Assembly: GCA_963781885.1 (NCBI GenBank)
Contig: CAWAHW010000007.1
Span: forward strand, 512,001-576,000
Direction of reading: 5' to 3'
DNA from: an uncultured Spirochaetota bacterium
GTDB taxonomy: Bacteria; Spirochaetota; Spirochaetia; SZUA-6; Fen-1364
DNA: 64,000 nucleotides
Of the stretch, positions 10,017 through 23,408 are shown piece by piece. Every line of letters starts with the position of its first letter. The first letter of the stretch is position 1. The position numbers and the translations under genes are program-made. Below the pieces are notes generated by a model. It did not search any database and was not told where the DNA came from. It saw nothing but the letters and a program-made list of their open reading frames with translations.

Positions 10017-12803
10017 GCCGAAAGGCCTCCCGGCGCCGCGCGCCGATGTCCCAGGCGGAAACCAAGCTTCAGGAGCTCGTCGGCAATCGCGGGGATGACG
10101 AGCAGGGGCGCAAGATACAGCCACGCGGCGCCGGTGAGGGGCACGGCGTTGAAGACGCCGTTCAGACCGGGGATATAGACGACCGCCATCAGGAGCGCGC
10201 CGGAGGAGAGCGCCGCGTACTGCATCCACGCGTTGCTGAAAACCCCAAGGGCAAAGACGGACGCCCGCTCGGACCGCGTGGTATAGGCGCGGAGGATCTG
10301 GCATCCCGACAGCGTGACGAAGGCCATGGTCTGTCCGATGCCGGCCGCGCCGAAGACGCGCATGCCCACCCACAACGCGTACAGGCTGACGGCGGTGATC
10401 GCGACCGCCTGGACCGCGAGGCCGATGGCCATCGAGCCGCTGATGATGGGCTCCCGCACGGGCCGCGGCGGCCGCGTCATGATGCCCGGCTCGCCCTTCT
10501 CCATGCCCAGCGCGAGGGCGGGCGCGCCGTCGGTGATCAGGTTCATCCAGAGCAGCTGGATCGCCGTGAGCGGGATGGGCCATCCCAGCAGCGTGCCGAG
10601 GAAGATCGTGCCGATCTCCCCGAGATTGCAGGACAGCAGGAAGTACACGAACTTGCGGATGTTGGAGAAGATGATGCGTCCCTGCTCCACCGCCGCGATG
10701 ATGGACGCGAAGTTGTCGTCCGTGAGCACCATGTCGGCGGTCTCCCTCGTGACGTCGGTGCCCGTGATGCCCATCGCGATGCCGATATCGGCATGCTTCA
10801 GCGCCGGCGCGTCGTTCACGCCGTCTCCCGTCATGCCGACCACCCTGCCTTTTGCCCGCAGGGAATCCACGATGCGCACCTTGTGCTGGGGCGATACGCG
10901 CGCAAAGACGGTGGTCGTGTCGAGCGCCGCGGCCAGGGCGGCGTCATCCATCGCTTCGATCTGACGGCCGGCAAGGACGCCGCCCGTCTCACCGCACAGC
11001 CCGATTTTGCGCCCGATGGCAGCCGCGGTCTCGGGATAGTCGCCCGTGACCATGATGACGTCGATACCGGCGGCGTGCGCCTTCTGGATCGCGGGGGCCG
11101 CCTCGGGCCGCGCGGGATCCATCATGCCGATGAGCCCCACGAAGGTGAGCGCGGCTTCCAGCGCCGGCGGCGCGGCGCCTGCCGGCAGCCCCGCGAGGGT
11201 ACGATAGGCGACGCCGAGGACGCGCAGCGCACGCGCCGCCAGACCGGCATTCACCTCGAGGATGGCGCGGCGGTCGGACGGCGTGAGAGGCAGGGTCTCT
11301 CCCGCTCGACGGAGAAAGCTGCACTGTTCCAGGAGCAGGTCGGGCGCTCCCTTCACGAACATGACAAATGGCGCGGCGCCCGGCCCGGGAACGCCGACTG
11401 CCTCCGGTCCCGGCATCGCGCCGGAAGGCAGGCGATGGATGGTGCTCATGCGCTTGCGCTCGGCGTCGAATGGGATCTCGGCGACGCGCGGGTACAGGCG
11501 TTCCACCTTTTCGCGGTGGAGCCCCGCCTTTGCCGCGGCGACCACGAGCGCCCCCTCGGTGGGATCCCCCACCATGCGGTGCACCGTTTCCGCACCTGCC
11601 GTGGATTCCACTTCCAGGCGCGCGTCGCTCGCGAGCATGCCCGCCTGGAGGAGGAACCGGACCGCGGCATGATCGCGAAGCTCGGCGCGGCGCGCCTCTT
11701 CCTGTACCTCCCCGCGCGGTTGCCAGCCTTCCCCGGTGATGGTGAACAGGCCGCCGTCGGCCCACAGGTGCGTCGCGGTCATCTCGTTCTGCGTGAGGGT
11801 GCCCGTCTTGTCGGTGCAGACCGTCGTGGCACTGCCGAGCGTCTCCACCGCGGGGAGCCGGCGGATCAAGGCATGCCGCTTGATCATCTCCTGCATGCCC
11901 AGCGCAAGACAGATTGTCACGATGGCCGGAAGCCCTTCCGGCACCGCCGCGATGGCGAGGCTCACGGCGGTCATGAACATCGTGAGAATATTGCGCCCCT
12001 CGATGACCCCCACGAGGAACACCACGGCGCAGATGACCAGGGCCCCGATGCCCAGCCATTTGCCCACCTGCGTGAGCTTCTTCTGCAGCGGCGTCTCCGG
12101 GGCGACGTCATCCTGCAGCATTGCGGCGATCAGCCCGATCTGCGTGCCCATGCCCGTGCCCGTGACGATGCCCCGACCCCTGCCGAACGTGACGGTGGTT
12201 CCCATCCATGCCATCGAGGTGCGGTCCCCAAGGGCGGCGGACTCCTCCACGACCGCGTCCGCCTGTTTTTCCACCGGCACCGATTCGCCGGTGAGGGATG
12301 CCTCCTCCACGCGCAGGTTGGCCGTTTCGGTGAGGCGCACGTCGGCAGGCACGTGGTATCCCGCCTCCAGGAGCACGACGTCCCCGGGCACCAGGTCGCG
12401 GGACGGCACGACAAGGCTCCTGCCGCCGCGCACCACGCGCGCGTCGGGCGCCGCCATCCTGCGCAGCGCGGCCAGTGCCTGCTCTGCCCGCGACTCCTGG
12501 ATGACGCCGATCACGGCATTGAGGATCACGAGCAGCACGATCGCTGCCGCGTCCACCCATTCGCCCAGGACGATGGAAACGACGGCCGCGCCAATGAGGA
12601 TGAGAACCAGGAAGTCCTTGAACTGGTCGACCAGGAGGGAAAGGAATCCGGGTCGCGGCTTCTCCGCAAGCTCGTTGCGGCCGGTGGCCGCGAGCCTTTC
12701 CGCGGCGACAGCGGGTGCAAGCCCCGCCGCCGGGTCGGTCTCCAACGCCGATGCGACGGCCGCCGGGGACTGGGCATGCCAGGCCGCGGCGGCCCGGACC
12801 CAT
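10013..12803 (-). CDS. P-type (IIA) Ca2+/cation-transporting ATPase (possible +1 frameshift just after start, ~12793)
   Basis: [45 protein letters not shown]. The N-terminal WHAQSP..LET segment is in frame upstream of the called start, while the ATG at 12803 is one base out of frame. Confidence 0.92.
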
Positions 12804-12805
12804 CG

Positions 12806-13702
12806 TCACAACGTGTCGCTCCGATTGACGACCTTGTTGAGCGGGTACTCGATGATGCCGTCGGCGCCCTTCTCGATCAGCTGCGGGACCAGCTCGCGCA
12901 CGACCGATTCGCGCACGATGATCTCCACGGAGAACCACGCCGTGTCGTGCAGGCGCGCCACGGTGGGGGAGGTGAGGCTGGGCAGGAGGCCCACCACCTC
13001 GGTGAAGCTCGCTTCCGGCACGTTCATCTTGAGGCCCACCATGTTCTCCGCGGCAAGCGCGCCGCGCAGGAGGAGCGCGATGTGCTGGATCTTGCGCTTC
13101 TTCACCGGGTCCTTCATGGCGGCCTTGTTCGCGATCAGCTTCGTGTTCGTCTCCAGGAGCGTGTGGACGATCTTGAGGCCATTGGCGCGGAGCGTCGTTC
13201 CCGTTTCCGTCACCTCCACGATCGCGTCCACCAGGCCGTCCACCGCCTTTGCCTCCGTGGCGCCCCAGGAGAACTCGACCTTCACCGGGATGTTCCGCTC
13301 GGCGAACCAGCGCTTCGTGAATCCCACGAGCTCAGTGGAGATGGTCTTTCCCGCGCAATCCTCGGGCTTGTTGATGGGCGACGAGGCAGGACAGGCGAGG
13401 ACCCAGCGTGCCTTCGTCGTGCTTGCCTTGGAGTAGATGAGGTCTGTCACCACGTCCACGTCGGCGTCGTTTTCCAGTATCCAGTCCAGGCCCGTGAGCC
13501 CGGCGTCCAGGACGCCATTCTCCACGTAACGCGCCATCTCCTGGGCGCGCACGAGATTGCACGTCACCTCGGGATCGTCTATGGAAGGAAAATAAGAGCG
13601 CTCCGAGACGGATATCTTCCACCCCGCCTTCTGGAAGAGCTCGATGGTGGCCCTCTCCAGGCTGCCCTTCGGCACGCCCAGCTTGATGATGCGTTCCTTC
13701 AT
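12806..13702 (-). CDS. hisG: ATP phosphoribosyltransferase, long form
   Basis: [40 protein letters not shown]; C-terminal regulatory domain (PTVA...GADGIIEYP). Confidence 0.95.
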   Translation of the reverse strand: MKERIIKLGVPKGSLERATIELFQKAGWKISVSERSYFPSIDDPEVTCNLVRAQEMARYVENGVLDAGLTGLDWILENDADVDVVTDLIYSKASTTKARWVLACPASSPINKPEDCAGKTISTELVGFTKRWFAERNIPVKVEFSWGATEAKAVDGLVDAIVEVTETGTTLRANGLKIVHTLLETNTKLIANKAAMKDPVKKRKIQHIALLLRGALAAENMVGLKMNVPEASFTEVVGLLPSLTSPTVARLHDTAWFSVEIIVRESVVRELVPQLIEKGADGIIEYPLNKVVNRSDTL

Positions 13703-14082
13703 TTCTTTTCTCCATACACCTCGGCGGGGTCGAAGACCAGGACGCCGTCCGTGCGCAGGCCGTCCTTTTCCACCACGCGGTAGAAGCAGCTTCTGTAGCC
13801 GGTGTGGCAGGCGGCGTCCCCGATCTGCTTCACCCTGGCAAGGACGCAGTCCTCGTCGCAGTCGATGCGCAGCTCCTTCACCTCCTGGACATTGCCCGAG
13901 CTTTCCCCCTTCTTCCAGAGCTTGCCGCGCGACCTGCTCCAGTAATGCATGATGCCGGTGGAAAGGGTGAGCGCCCAGGACTGCTCGTTCATGAAGGCCA
14001 CCATGAGTATCTCACCGGTCTGCCAGTCCTGCGCCACCGCGGGGACCAGTCCGTCGAGCTTCGAGAAATCAAGCTTTACCAT
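13699..14082 (-). CDS. hisI: phosphoribosyl-AMP cyclohydrolase
   Basis: [39 protein letters not shown]. Confidence 0.95.
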   Translation of the reverse strand: MVKLDFSKLDGLVPAVAQDWQTGEILMVAFMNEQSWALTLSTGIMHYWSRSRGKLWKKGESSGNVQEVKELRIDCDEDCVLARVKQIGDAACHTGYRSCFYRVVEKDGLRTDGVLVFDPAEVYGEKK

Positions 14083-14096
14083 AGAAGAAACCCCCT

Positions 14097-15350
14097 TCAG
14101 AGAGTCACGTCCGTGGCCCGTCGGCGATAGCTCGCGTCCGCGCCGAAGATAAGGTCGTAGGTGTCGATGGCGATCTGCAGCTCCTCGTTCGTCTCCACGA
14201 CCAGGATGGCGATGGGCGAATACGGGGTGGACACCAGGCCTTCCTGCGAGCCCAGCGATGTGTTGAGCCCGTAGTCCATGAATATGCCGAGATTCTCCAG
14301 CCGGTGGCAAATGCGCTCCCGCATCTTCACGCCGTTCTGCCCGATGCCGCCGGTGAAGACCAGCGCGTCGACCTTGACGAGATTCGCCACGTAGGCGCCG
14401 ACATACTTACGGACCCGGTACGCATAGACCTCCAGGGCCTGCACGGCGCGCTGGTTGCCTTTTGACGCTTCCACCTCCAGGTCGCGCAGGTCGTTGGAGA
14501 TGCCGGAAAGCCCGAGCAGGCCGCTCTTCTTGTTCAGGAGCGCGTTGACCTCGGTGGAGCTGTATCCGCGCCGCTCGAGGAAGTCGACAATGGCAGGATC
14601 GATGTCGCCGCTGCGCGTGCCCATCATGAGGCCTTCCAGGGGCGTGAAGCCCATCGACGTGTCGATCGACCTGCCGTGCTCGATGGCCGTGACGGAGGCG
14701 CCATTGCCCAGGTGGCAGGTGATGACGTTCGTGTTCTCGGGGAAGCGCTTCAGGATTTCCATGGCGCGCGACGCCACGTAGCGGTGGCTGGTGCCATGAA
14801 AGCCGTACCGGCGGATCTTGTACTTTTCGTACAGCTCGTAGGGCAGGCCGTAGAGGTATGCCGACGGCGGCATCGTCTGGTGGAAGGCGGTGTCGAAGAC
14901 CGCGACCTGCTTGAGGCCCGGAAGCACCCCTTGCGCCTCGCGGATGCCGATGAGATTGGGCGGGTTGTGCAGCGGCGCGAGCTCCACGTTCTTCTCGATG
15001 GCCGCCACGACCGCGTCGTCGATCACCGCCGACGCCGCGTACTGCTCTCCCCCGTGGACCACCCTGTGGCCGACACCGGCGATCTCGTCCAGGCTTTTCA
15101 GCGCGCCTCGCGCGGGGTCGGTGAGGGCCTCGCGGACGAGCTCCATGGCCGCCTTGTGGTGGGGTACCTGCACGTCGCGCGTGATGTCCCCCTTCGGCGT
15201 CTTCTGCGCGATCTTGCCCTTCAACTCACCGATGCGCTCAACGAGGCCCCTTCCCAGGCTGATGCGCTGCGGCATGCGCCACACCTCGTATTTCAGGGAG
15301 GAGCTGCCGCAGTTGATGACGAGGATGTTCCGGTCCGTCGCAGTTTGCAT
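14097..15350 (-). CDS. ackA: acetate kinase
   Basis: [55 protein letters not shown]. Confidence 0.95.
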   Translation of the reverse strand: MQTATDRNILVINCGSSSLKYEVWRMPQRISLGRGLVERIGELKGKIAQKTPKGDITRDVQVPHHKAAMELVREALTDPARGALKSLDEIAGVGHRVVHGGEQYAASAVIDDAVVAAIEKNVELAPLHNPPNLIGIREAQGVLPGLKQVAVFDTAFHQTMPPSAYLYGLPYELYEKYKIRRYGFHGTSHRYVASRAMEILKRFPENTNVITCHLGNGASVTAIEHGRSIDTSMGFTPLEGLMMGTRSGDIDPAIVDFLERRGYSSTEVNALLNKKSGLLGLSGISNDLRDLEVEASKGNQRAVQALEVYAYRVRKYVGAYVANLVKVDALVFTGGIGQNGVKMRERICHRLENLGIFMDYGLNTSLGSQEGLVSTPYSPIAILVVETNEELQIAIDTYDLIFGADASYRRRATDVTL

Positions 15351-15441
15351 GGTGCACCTTCTCGACACTTTCTTACCAGAAAGCAGCCTTCTGTGCTACC
15401 GTGTGCGCAATCGAAGGGGGTGAGAGACAATCTCCAGCCTC

Positions 15442-16299
15442 GTGTACCACGCGGGCGCGCTCGGGGACTTCCTCACGGCGCTTCCCGCCATGGCCGTCTG
15501 GCGGCGCCTCCATCCGCACGAGCACTCCATTCTCCTGGGGCGACCCGCGCACGCCGCTCTTGCCGTCCCGCAATTCGACGAGGTATGGAACGTCGACGAT
15601 GCACGCTGGGCCCCGCTCTTTGCCTCTTCCCCTGCCATGCCGCCCGCCGCGATCCCGGCGTCACTCGTTTCCGCGCTTCTTTTCGCCTCTCCGCTTTCCC
15701 CGCTCGGAGACAATCTTGCGGCAGCGGGAGTGCGGGAGATCGTCCGGCATGCTCCATTTCCCGAGTCTCCGCAGCCGATCGTCGACTACCACCTGTCGAT
15801 TTTTCCGGCAACGGCGCTCCATGCCGACGACCGTCAGCCGCATGTCCGGATGGACGATGGAGAGCTCGACGCACGCGACACCGGCGTGGCCGCTCTCCAT
15901 CCCGGAAGCGGCAGTGCCTCGAAGAACTGGCCGGCGGCGGCGTTCAAGGAGCTCGCGCGAAGGTTTTTCCTGAGCGGCCTGAGGGTTGTATGGATCCGGG
16001 GGCCCGCCGAGCCGGCGGAGGCTCATTCGCGCGGGGAGCGCGTTTGGGACAGCCTGCCGCTTCCCGCCCTGGCGGCGCGCCTGACGCGTGCGGCGATCTA
16101 TGTCGGCAATGACTCCGGCGTGACGCACCTTGCAGCGGCCTGCGGTTGTCCGACGGTGGCGTTGTTCGGCGCGAGCGACGCACGGGTCTGGACGCCGCGA
16201 GGCGAAGCGGTGCGCGTCCTGGCGTCACCAAACACCATGAGCGGTATTACTGTTGAAGAATGTATCGAAGCGTGTCGGTGTTTTGTGACGCTGGAGTGA
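15442..16299 (+). CDS. glycosyltransferase family 9 (heptosyltransferase-like)
   Basis: GALGDFL, HPGSGSASKNWP, YVGNDSGVTHLAAA, ALFG...W.P. The true start may be GTG at 15420 with a +1 error. Confidence 0.85.
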   Translation: MYHAGALGDFLTALPAMAVWRRLHPHEHSILLGRPAHAALAVPQFDEVWNVDDARWAPLFASSPAMPPAAIPASLVSALLFASPLSPLGDNLAAAGVREIVRHAPFPESPQPIVDYHLSIFPATALHADDRQPHVRMDDGELDARDTGVAALHPGSGSASKNWPAAAFKELARRFFLSGLRVVWIRGPAEPAEAHSRGERVWDSLPLPALAARLTRAAIYVGNDSGVTHLAAACGCPTVALFGASDARVWTPRGEAVRVLASPNTMSGITVEECIEACRCFVTLE

Positions 16300-16387
16300 T
16301 GTTCGACGGAGCGCGGTCTTTCAACATCACCCTGGGCGACCATGCTGCCCGGTGAATCACGGGTGGTGCGCCGCGCGGCGGAAGGAA

Positions 16388-16420
16388 GCGCAGGGAAAGA
16401 GGTTCACTCTTTCCCTGCGC
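16388..16420. terminator. 14-bp stem hairpin between convergent genes
   Basis: gcgcagggaaagag-gttca-ctctttccctgcgc, perfect inverted repeat just downstream of the small Lys-rich gene. Confidence 0.8.
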
Positions 16421-16435
16421 CGGAAGTCGACGTTG

Positions 16436-16528
16436 TTACTTCTTCTTCGCCGTCTTCTTGGCGGCCTTCTTCGCCGGCTTCTTCGCGACCTTCTTCGCGC
16501 CCTTCTTAGCAGTCTTCTTTACAGCCAC
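16436..16528 (-). CDS. 30-aa Lys/Ala-rich histone H1-tail-like small protein MAVKKTAKKGAKKVAKKPAKKAAKKTAKKK
   Basis: GTG..TAA ORF below the ORF-track cutoff. GAGAGGGG RBS, consensus promoter upstream, terminator hairpin downstream; all 15 Lys codons are AAG. Confidence 0.8.
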   Translation of the reverse strand: MAVKKTAKKGAKKVAKKPAKKAAKKTAKKK

Positions 16529-16567
16529 GGTTTCCCCTCTCGTCTCGTAGGATGAAATTCAATTCAG

Positions 16568-16596
16568 AGCATAGCGTTTCACGCGCCACTTGTCAA
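16568..16596 (-). promoter_or_regulatory. sigma-70 promoter TTGACA-N17-TATGCT
   Basis: Perfect -35 (16596-16591), 17-nt spacer, -10 TATGCT (16573-16568), facing the 30-aa ORF. Confidence 0.8.
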
Positions 16597-16614
16597 GAGT
16601 TTTACGCGACGTCG

Positions 16615-16745
16615 AAAAAAATTCCGTCGGTCCGGCACGCGGCGGTGCGACGCCTCCGAACGGCGCGGAGGAGGCGCTGTGAAGTCGTCGAACGCGTGTT
16701 AGGCGATAAAGTGCGCGGTTGCCGTCGCGCGTGCCGGGACGGTCT
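16615..16745 (-). terminator. long structured 3' region / terminator of the atp operon
   Basis: ccggcacgcg...cgcgtgccgg outer stem enclosing a cgcctcc/ggaggcg hairpin, followed by a T-run on the minus strand. Confidence 0.45.
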
Positions 16746-16845
16746 GCTCCCCGCCGCACGGCCGTCCGCCGCGACCTCGCGCGGCGGTTCCAGCGCTGCA
16801 GACGGCGGACGTGATGGTGACGGGACAGGAGTGGGTGGTGGATCG

Positions 16846-19429
<2,584 letters not shown>

Positions 19430-19432
19430 GAA

Positions 19433-20932
19433 CTAGAAGCCCTTCTTGAAGCCGGTGATCGCTTCTGACAACACCTCGGGCTGCGACAGCGTGCCGAGAT
19501 TGCGCACCCCCGCGAGGATGTCGGCCTGGTGGCTGCGCATATAATCCAGGAACTTGACCTCGAATTCGCGCACCCGCGCCACCGGCACGTCGTCCAGGAA
19601 GCCCCGCGTGGCGGCGTAGAGGATCATGACCTGCTCCTCCACGGGCATCGGGCTGTATTGCTGCTGCTTCAGCACTTCAACCATGCGCGCGCCGCGGGCG
19701 AGCTGGTTCTGCGTCGCTTTGTCCAGCTCCGTGCCCATCTGCGCGAATGCCTCCAGCTCGCGGTAGGCGGCAAGGTCGATGCGCAGCGAGCCGGCGACCT
19801 GCTTCATCGCCTTGATCTGCGCGTTGCCTCCGACGCGCGAGACGGAAAGCCCGACGTCGATGGCCGGCCGGATGCCCGCGTTGTACAGGTCCGTGCGGAG
19901 GTAGATCTGGCCGTCGGTGATGGAGATCACGTTCGTCGGGATATACGCCGAGACTTCGCCTTCCTGCGTCTCGATGAGAGGGAGCGCGGTGAGAGATCCA
20001 CCGCCCAATTCTTCGGACAGGCGCGCCGCACGTTCCAGCAGGCGCGAGTGCAGGTAGAAGACGTCGCCGGGATACGCCTCGCGTCCGGGCGGCCTGCGCA
20101 GGAGAAGGGCGAGCTGCCGATACGCGTTTGCCTGCCGCGAGAGGTCATCGTAGACGACGAGGGTGTCCTTGTGCTCGTCGTACATGAAATATTCCGCCAT
20201 CGCGCATCCCGCATATGGCGCGATGTACTGCAGGGACGCCGGCTCCGCAGCCGTGGCGGCCACGACGATGGTGTGCTCCATGGCCCCGTGCGACCGCAGC
20301 GCCTCCACGATGCCGGCAACCATTGATGCCTTCTGGCCCACCGCGACGTAGACGCAGATCACGTCCTTGCCCTTCTGGTTGATGATGGCGTCCATGGCAA
20401 GGGATTCACGGCCGTTGCCCCGGTCGCCGATGAGCAGCTCGCGCTGGCCCTTGCCGATGGGCACCATGGCGTCGATGGCTTTCACGCCCGTCTGGAGGGG
20501 TTCCCGCACGGACTGGCGGTCCTTGATGCCGGGCGCCTTGAACTCCACGGGCCGGGTCCGCACGGTCTTGATCGGGCCCTTGTCGTCGATGGGCACGCCC
20601 AGCGGGTTGACGACGCGCCCGATCAGCTCGCGGCCGACGGGAACCTCGAGGACCCGTCCGGTCCTGCGCACCTTGCCGCCCTCGTGGAGGTCCACGTAGT
20701 CGCCGAGGATGACCGCGCCGATGCTGTCCTCCTCCAGGTTCAGGGCGAGCCCGAACACGCCCGTCTCGAACTCCAGCATCTCCATGGCCATGGCCCCGCG
20801 CATGCCGTAGATGCGCGCGATGCCATCGCCCAGCTCCACCACCGTGCCGACGTCGTCGACGGCGAGGTCCTTGGAGTAGCTGCGGATCTCCTGCTTGATC
20901 CGCGATGATATCTCTTCCAGGTTGATGCGCAT
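19433..20932 (-). CDS. atpA: F1 alpha subunit (non-canonical P-loop)
   Basis: [59 protein letters not shown]. Confidence 0.98.
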   Translation of the reverse strand: MRINLEEISSRIKQEIRSYSKDLAVDDVGTVVELGDGIARIYGMRGAMAMEMLEFETGVFGLALNLEEDSIGAVILGDYVDLHEGGKVRRTGRVLEVPVGRELIGRVVNPLGVPIDDKGPIKTVRTRPVEFKAPGIKDRQSVREPLQTGVKAIDAMVPIGKGQRELLIGDRGNGRESLAMDAIINQKGKDVICVYVAVGQKASMVAGIVEALRSHGAMEHTIVVAATAAEPASLQYIAPYAGCAMAEYFMYDEHKDTLVVYDDLSRQANAYRQLALLLRRPPGREAYPGDVFYLHSRLLERAARLSEELGGGSLTALPLIETQEGEVSAYIPTNVISITDGQIYLRTDLYNAGIRPAIDVGLSVSRVGGNAQIKAMKQVAGSLRIDLAAYRELEAFAQMGTELDKATQNQLARGARMVEVLKQQQYSPMPVEEQVMILYAATRGFLDDVPVARVREFEVKFLDYMRSHQADILAGVRNLGTLSQPEVLSEAITGFKKGF

Positions 20933-20937
20933 GTTTC

Positions 20938-21474
20938 CTACCTTCCCTCCAGACCAAGCTTGAGGGTTTTCAACTGACCTTCAATGCTGAACTCGATCTC
21001 CTGGCCTTCGCTCTCCGCGACCAGGCCCCCGATGAGGGAGGGGCGGACATCGGTCTCGAGCTCCACGCGCGCCGACAGCCTCTTCTCGAGGGAGCGCGTG
21101 ATCCGCTCCTTCTCCTCCGCGTCCAGTGGAAACGCCGACGATACCTTCACCTTGCGCACGCCCCGCGCCAGCCGGGACAGTCTTTCGAATTCCTCCACGA
21201 CCTCGCCGATGAGCGCCGTGCGGCCGCGGTCCACCATCAGGAAGAGGAGATCGAGCACGCGGGCGTCCACGGTGTCCTGGAATCCCGCGCGCACGAGCTT
21301 CTTCTTTGTCACCCGGCTGATGAGCCTGTTGGAAAGAAATCCGCGCACCTCGCGGTCCGTGAAGAGCGCATCACGCGCGGCGCGCATGTCCGCTTCCACC
21401 GCGTCGGTGGAGGCGGTCTCCTGCGCGAGCTCGAAGAGCGCGCGGGCGTAGTTGCGGCCGACGATGCCGGTCAT
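20938..21474 (-). CDS. atpH: F1 delta subunit
   Basis: [20 protein letters not shown]; operon position. Confidence 0.92.
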   Translation of the reverse strand: MTGIVGRNYARALFELAQETASTDAVEADMRAARDALFTDREVRGFLSNRLISRVTKKKLVRAGFQDTVDARVLDLLFLMVDRGRTALIGEVVEEFERLSRLARGVRKVKVSSAFPLDAEEKERITRSLEKRLSARVELETDVRPSLIGGLVAESEGQEIEFSIEGQLKTLKLGLEGR

Positions 21475-21482
21475 TGCCGTCC

Positions 21483-22007
21483 TCAGTTGCGGCCGGCGCC
21501 GGGCCCGCCCGGGGCGCCGCTGGACACGAGCTTCTCCGCGAACTCCTCCGCGAAGGCGCGGTTGTCCGCGCTGCCCGTCTCACGCTTAAGGATGGCATCC
21601 GCGATGGAGAAGGAAAGCGACACGACCTGGCCGCGCAGCGCCCGTTCGGCGTCCTCCTGGGCCCTTTCTATCTCGTGCGCCGCCCTGTCCTTCAGGTCCT
21701 GCGCCTCCACCTGCGACTGGCGGAGGATGTCCTCCTTCAGTCGTGAGGCTTCCACGCGTGCATCCTCGATGATCCGCGCGGCCTCCGCCCTGCCTTCGCG
21801 GATCTTCTGCTCGTACTCGGCAAGGACCGCACCGGCTTTTTCACCGGCCTTGCGGGCGGAGTCCAGGTCGGATGCGATTCTCTGCGACCTCTTGTCCAGG
21901 CCGCCGACGATCCTGTCCCACACCGTCAGGCGGAGCACGACGAGGATGATGCCGAATGTAATCCACAGCCAGATGACGAGGCCGGGATCGACGCGGAGAA
22001 GAGCCAT
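21483..22007 (-). CDS. atpF: Fo b subunit
   Basis: DPGLVIWLWITF TM anchor then a long coiled coil; operon position. Confidence 0.93.
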   Translation of the reverse strand: MALLRVDPGLVIWLWITFGIILVVLRLTVWDRIVGGLDKRSQRIASDLDSARKAGEKAGAVLAEYEQKIREGRAEAARIIEDARVEASRLKEDILRQSQVEAQDLKDRAAHEIERAQEDAERALRGQVVSLSFSIADAILKRETGSADNRAFAEEFAEKLVSSGAPGGPGAGRN

Positions 22008-22019
22008 GGCGGGGCTTCC

Positions 22020-22298
<279 letters not shown>

Positions 22299-22301
22299 TC
22301 A

Positions 22302-22323
22302 GGGCATCCCCGCGGGGACGCCC
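22302..22323 (-). other. GC hairpin in the atpB-atpE intergenic region
   Basis: gggcatcccc-gc-ggggacgccc; possible mRNA stabiliser for atpE (inference). Confidence 0.45.
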
Positions 22324-22325
22324 GC

Positions 22326-23256
22326 TTATGCCGAATGCTTCTTGATGGCCAGGCCGATGAACAACGCCGAAAGGAAAGAGAAAATGTAGGCTTGGAGCAC
22401 GGCCACGAAAATCTCCAGGGCCGAGATCGCAAGGTCCACGAGGACCGCAACCGGTCCGATGGTGAGCGAGCTGAACTTCAGGATGAGCAGCAGGATCAGG
22501 AGCAGGGCCACGTGCCCGCCGATCATGTTGGCGAACAGACGCATGATGAGGGCGATGGTCTTGGAGAAGATGCCCACCACCTCCAGCAGGAGCGTGATCG
22601 GCACCATCCAGCCCGGCGTCCCGTGCGGCACGAGGTCCTTCCAGTACCCAATGACGCCTTTCGCGCGCATGCCCGCCACGTTGAAGACGAAGAACGTGAT
22701 GAGCCCCAGGGCCACGGTTGTCGCGAGATTCCCCGTGACCGCCCCGCCCAGCCAGACTGCCTCGCCGCCGCCCTTCGGCACGATGGGGGCGAAGGGCGGG
22801 ACCATGCCGAGCAGGTTCGCATAGAGGATGAATAGGAAGAAGGCGAAGCAGAGGGGATAGAAGCCCTTGCCCTCCGCGCCCAGCGTCGGCTCGTAGACGG
22901 TGTCGCGCATGTATTCGAGCAGCGTCTCGAAGAGGCTCTGCATGCGTGTCGGTTTCTTGTACGGATCACGCAGCTTGCGCGCGAGGTACAGCATGCTTGC
23001 AAGGACAAGGAGCACGACGAGCGTCATGAGGATGAAGTGCTTGGTGATGTTGAGCGCCAGGTGGAAGCTGCCAACGGACAGAAGGGGAATCGACGCGTAC
23101 GGCCGGTCGAACATTGTCCGTGATTTCGGCAAAGAGAGCCGTGGACAGGTTGAATACCGGTTTCTCCGCCGCCTGTTCGGCCGCGGAGAGCCTGCCCAAA
23201 CAGAAAACGGCGAAAAACAGACACACGAACATACTGCGCCGTGTTCGGAAAAGCAC
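22326..23256 (-). CDS. atpB: Fo a subunit with signal-like N-terminal extension (apparent +1 frameshift at ~23111)
   Basis: ITKH, ANLLGMVP, MRLFANMIGGH, LEIFVAVLQAYIF. The N-terminus (MFVCLFFAVF...FAEITDN) lies in the adjacent frame. Confidence 0.92.
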
Positions 23257-23303
23257 TGGGCCTCGGATACGTATCCCCCTTGATGTGGCTGTGAGCGTGA
23301 AAA

Positions 23304-23334
23304 AGTATACCATAAGTATCGGCTGAATCGTCAA
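23304..23334 (-). promoter_or_regulatory. putative atp operon promoter (TTGACG...TGgTATACT, extended -10)
   Basis: AT-rich intergenic region; TATACT at 23309-23304 preceded by TG; TTGACG 19 nt upstream (long spacer). Confidence 0.55.
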
Positions 23335-23408
23335 CAATATTCGTGCAGGGCTTTCTTTCCCCCTTTCCCCCGGAATTCAGTACCTTTTCCTCCGTGAAGG
23401 AGGTGGCA

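Noticed and set aside
10017-10583. N-terminal extension of thyA in the 453-aa ORF
   Set aside because: Overlaps the ATPase in another frame. Canonical ThyA starts at MKQYL (10016).
10046-13783. 1245-aa plus-strand ORF
   Set aside because: Antisense shadow of the Ca-ATPase and hisG caused by GC-rich codon bias; no recognisable motifs.
16350-16400. cggaaggaagc resembling the SRP RNA domain IV loop
   Set aside because: Lacks the CAGG/AGCAG symmetric loop and the long enclosing helix, and overlaps the terminator stem.
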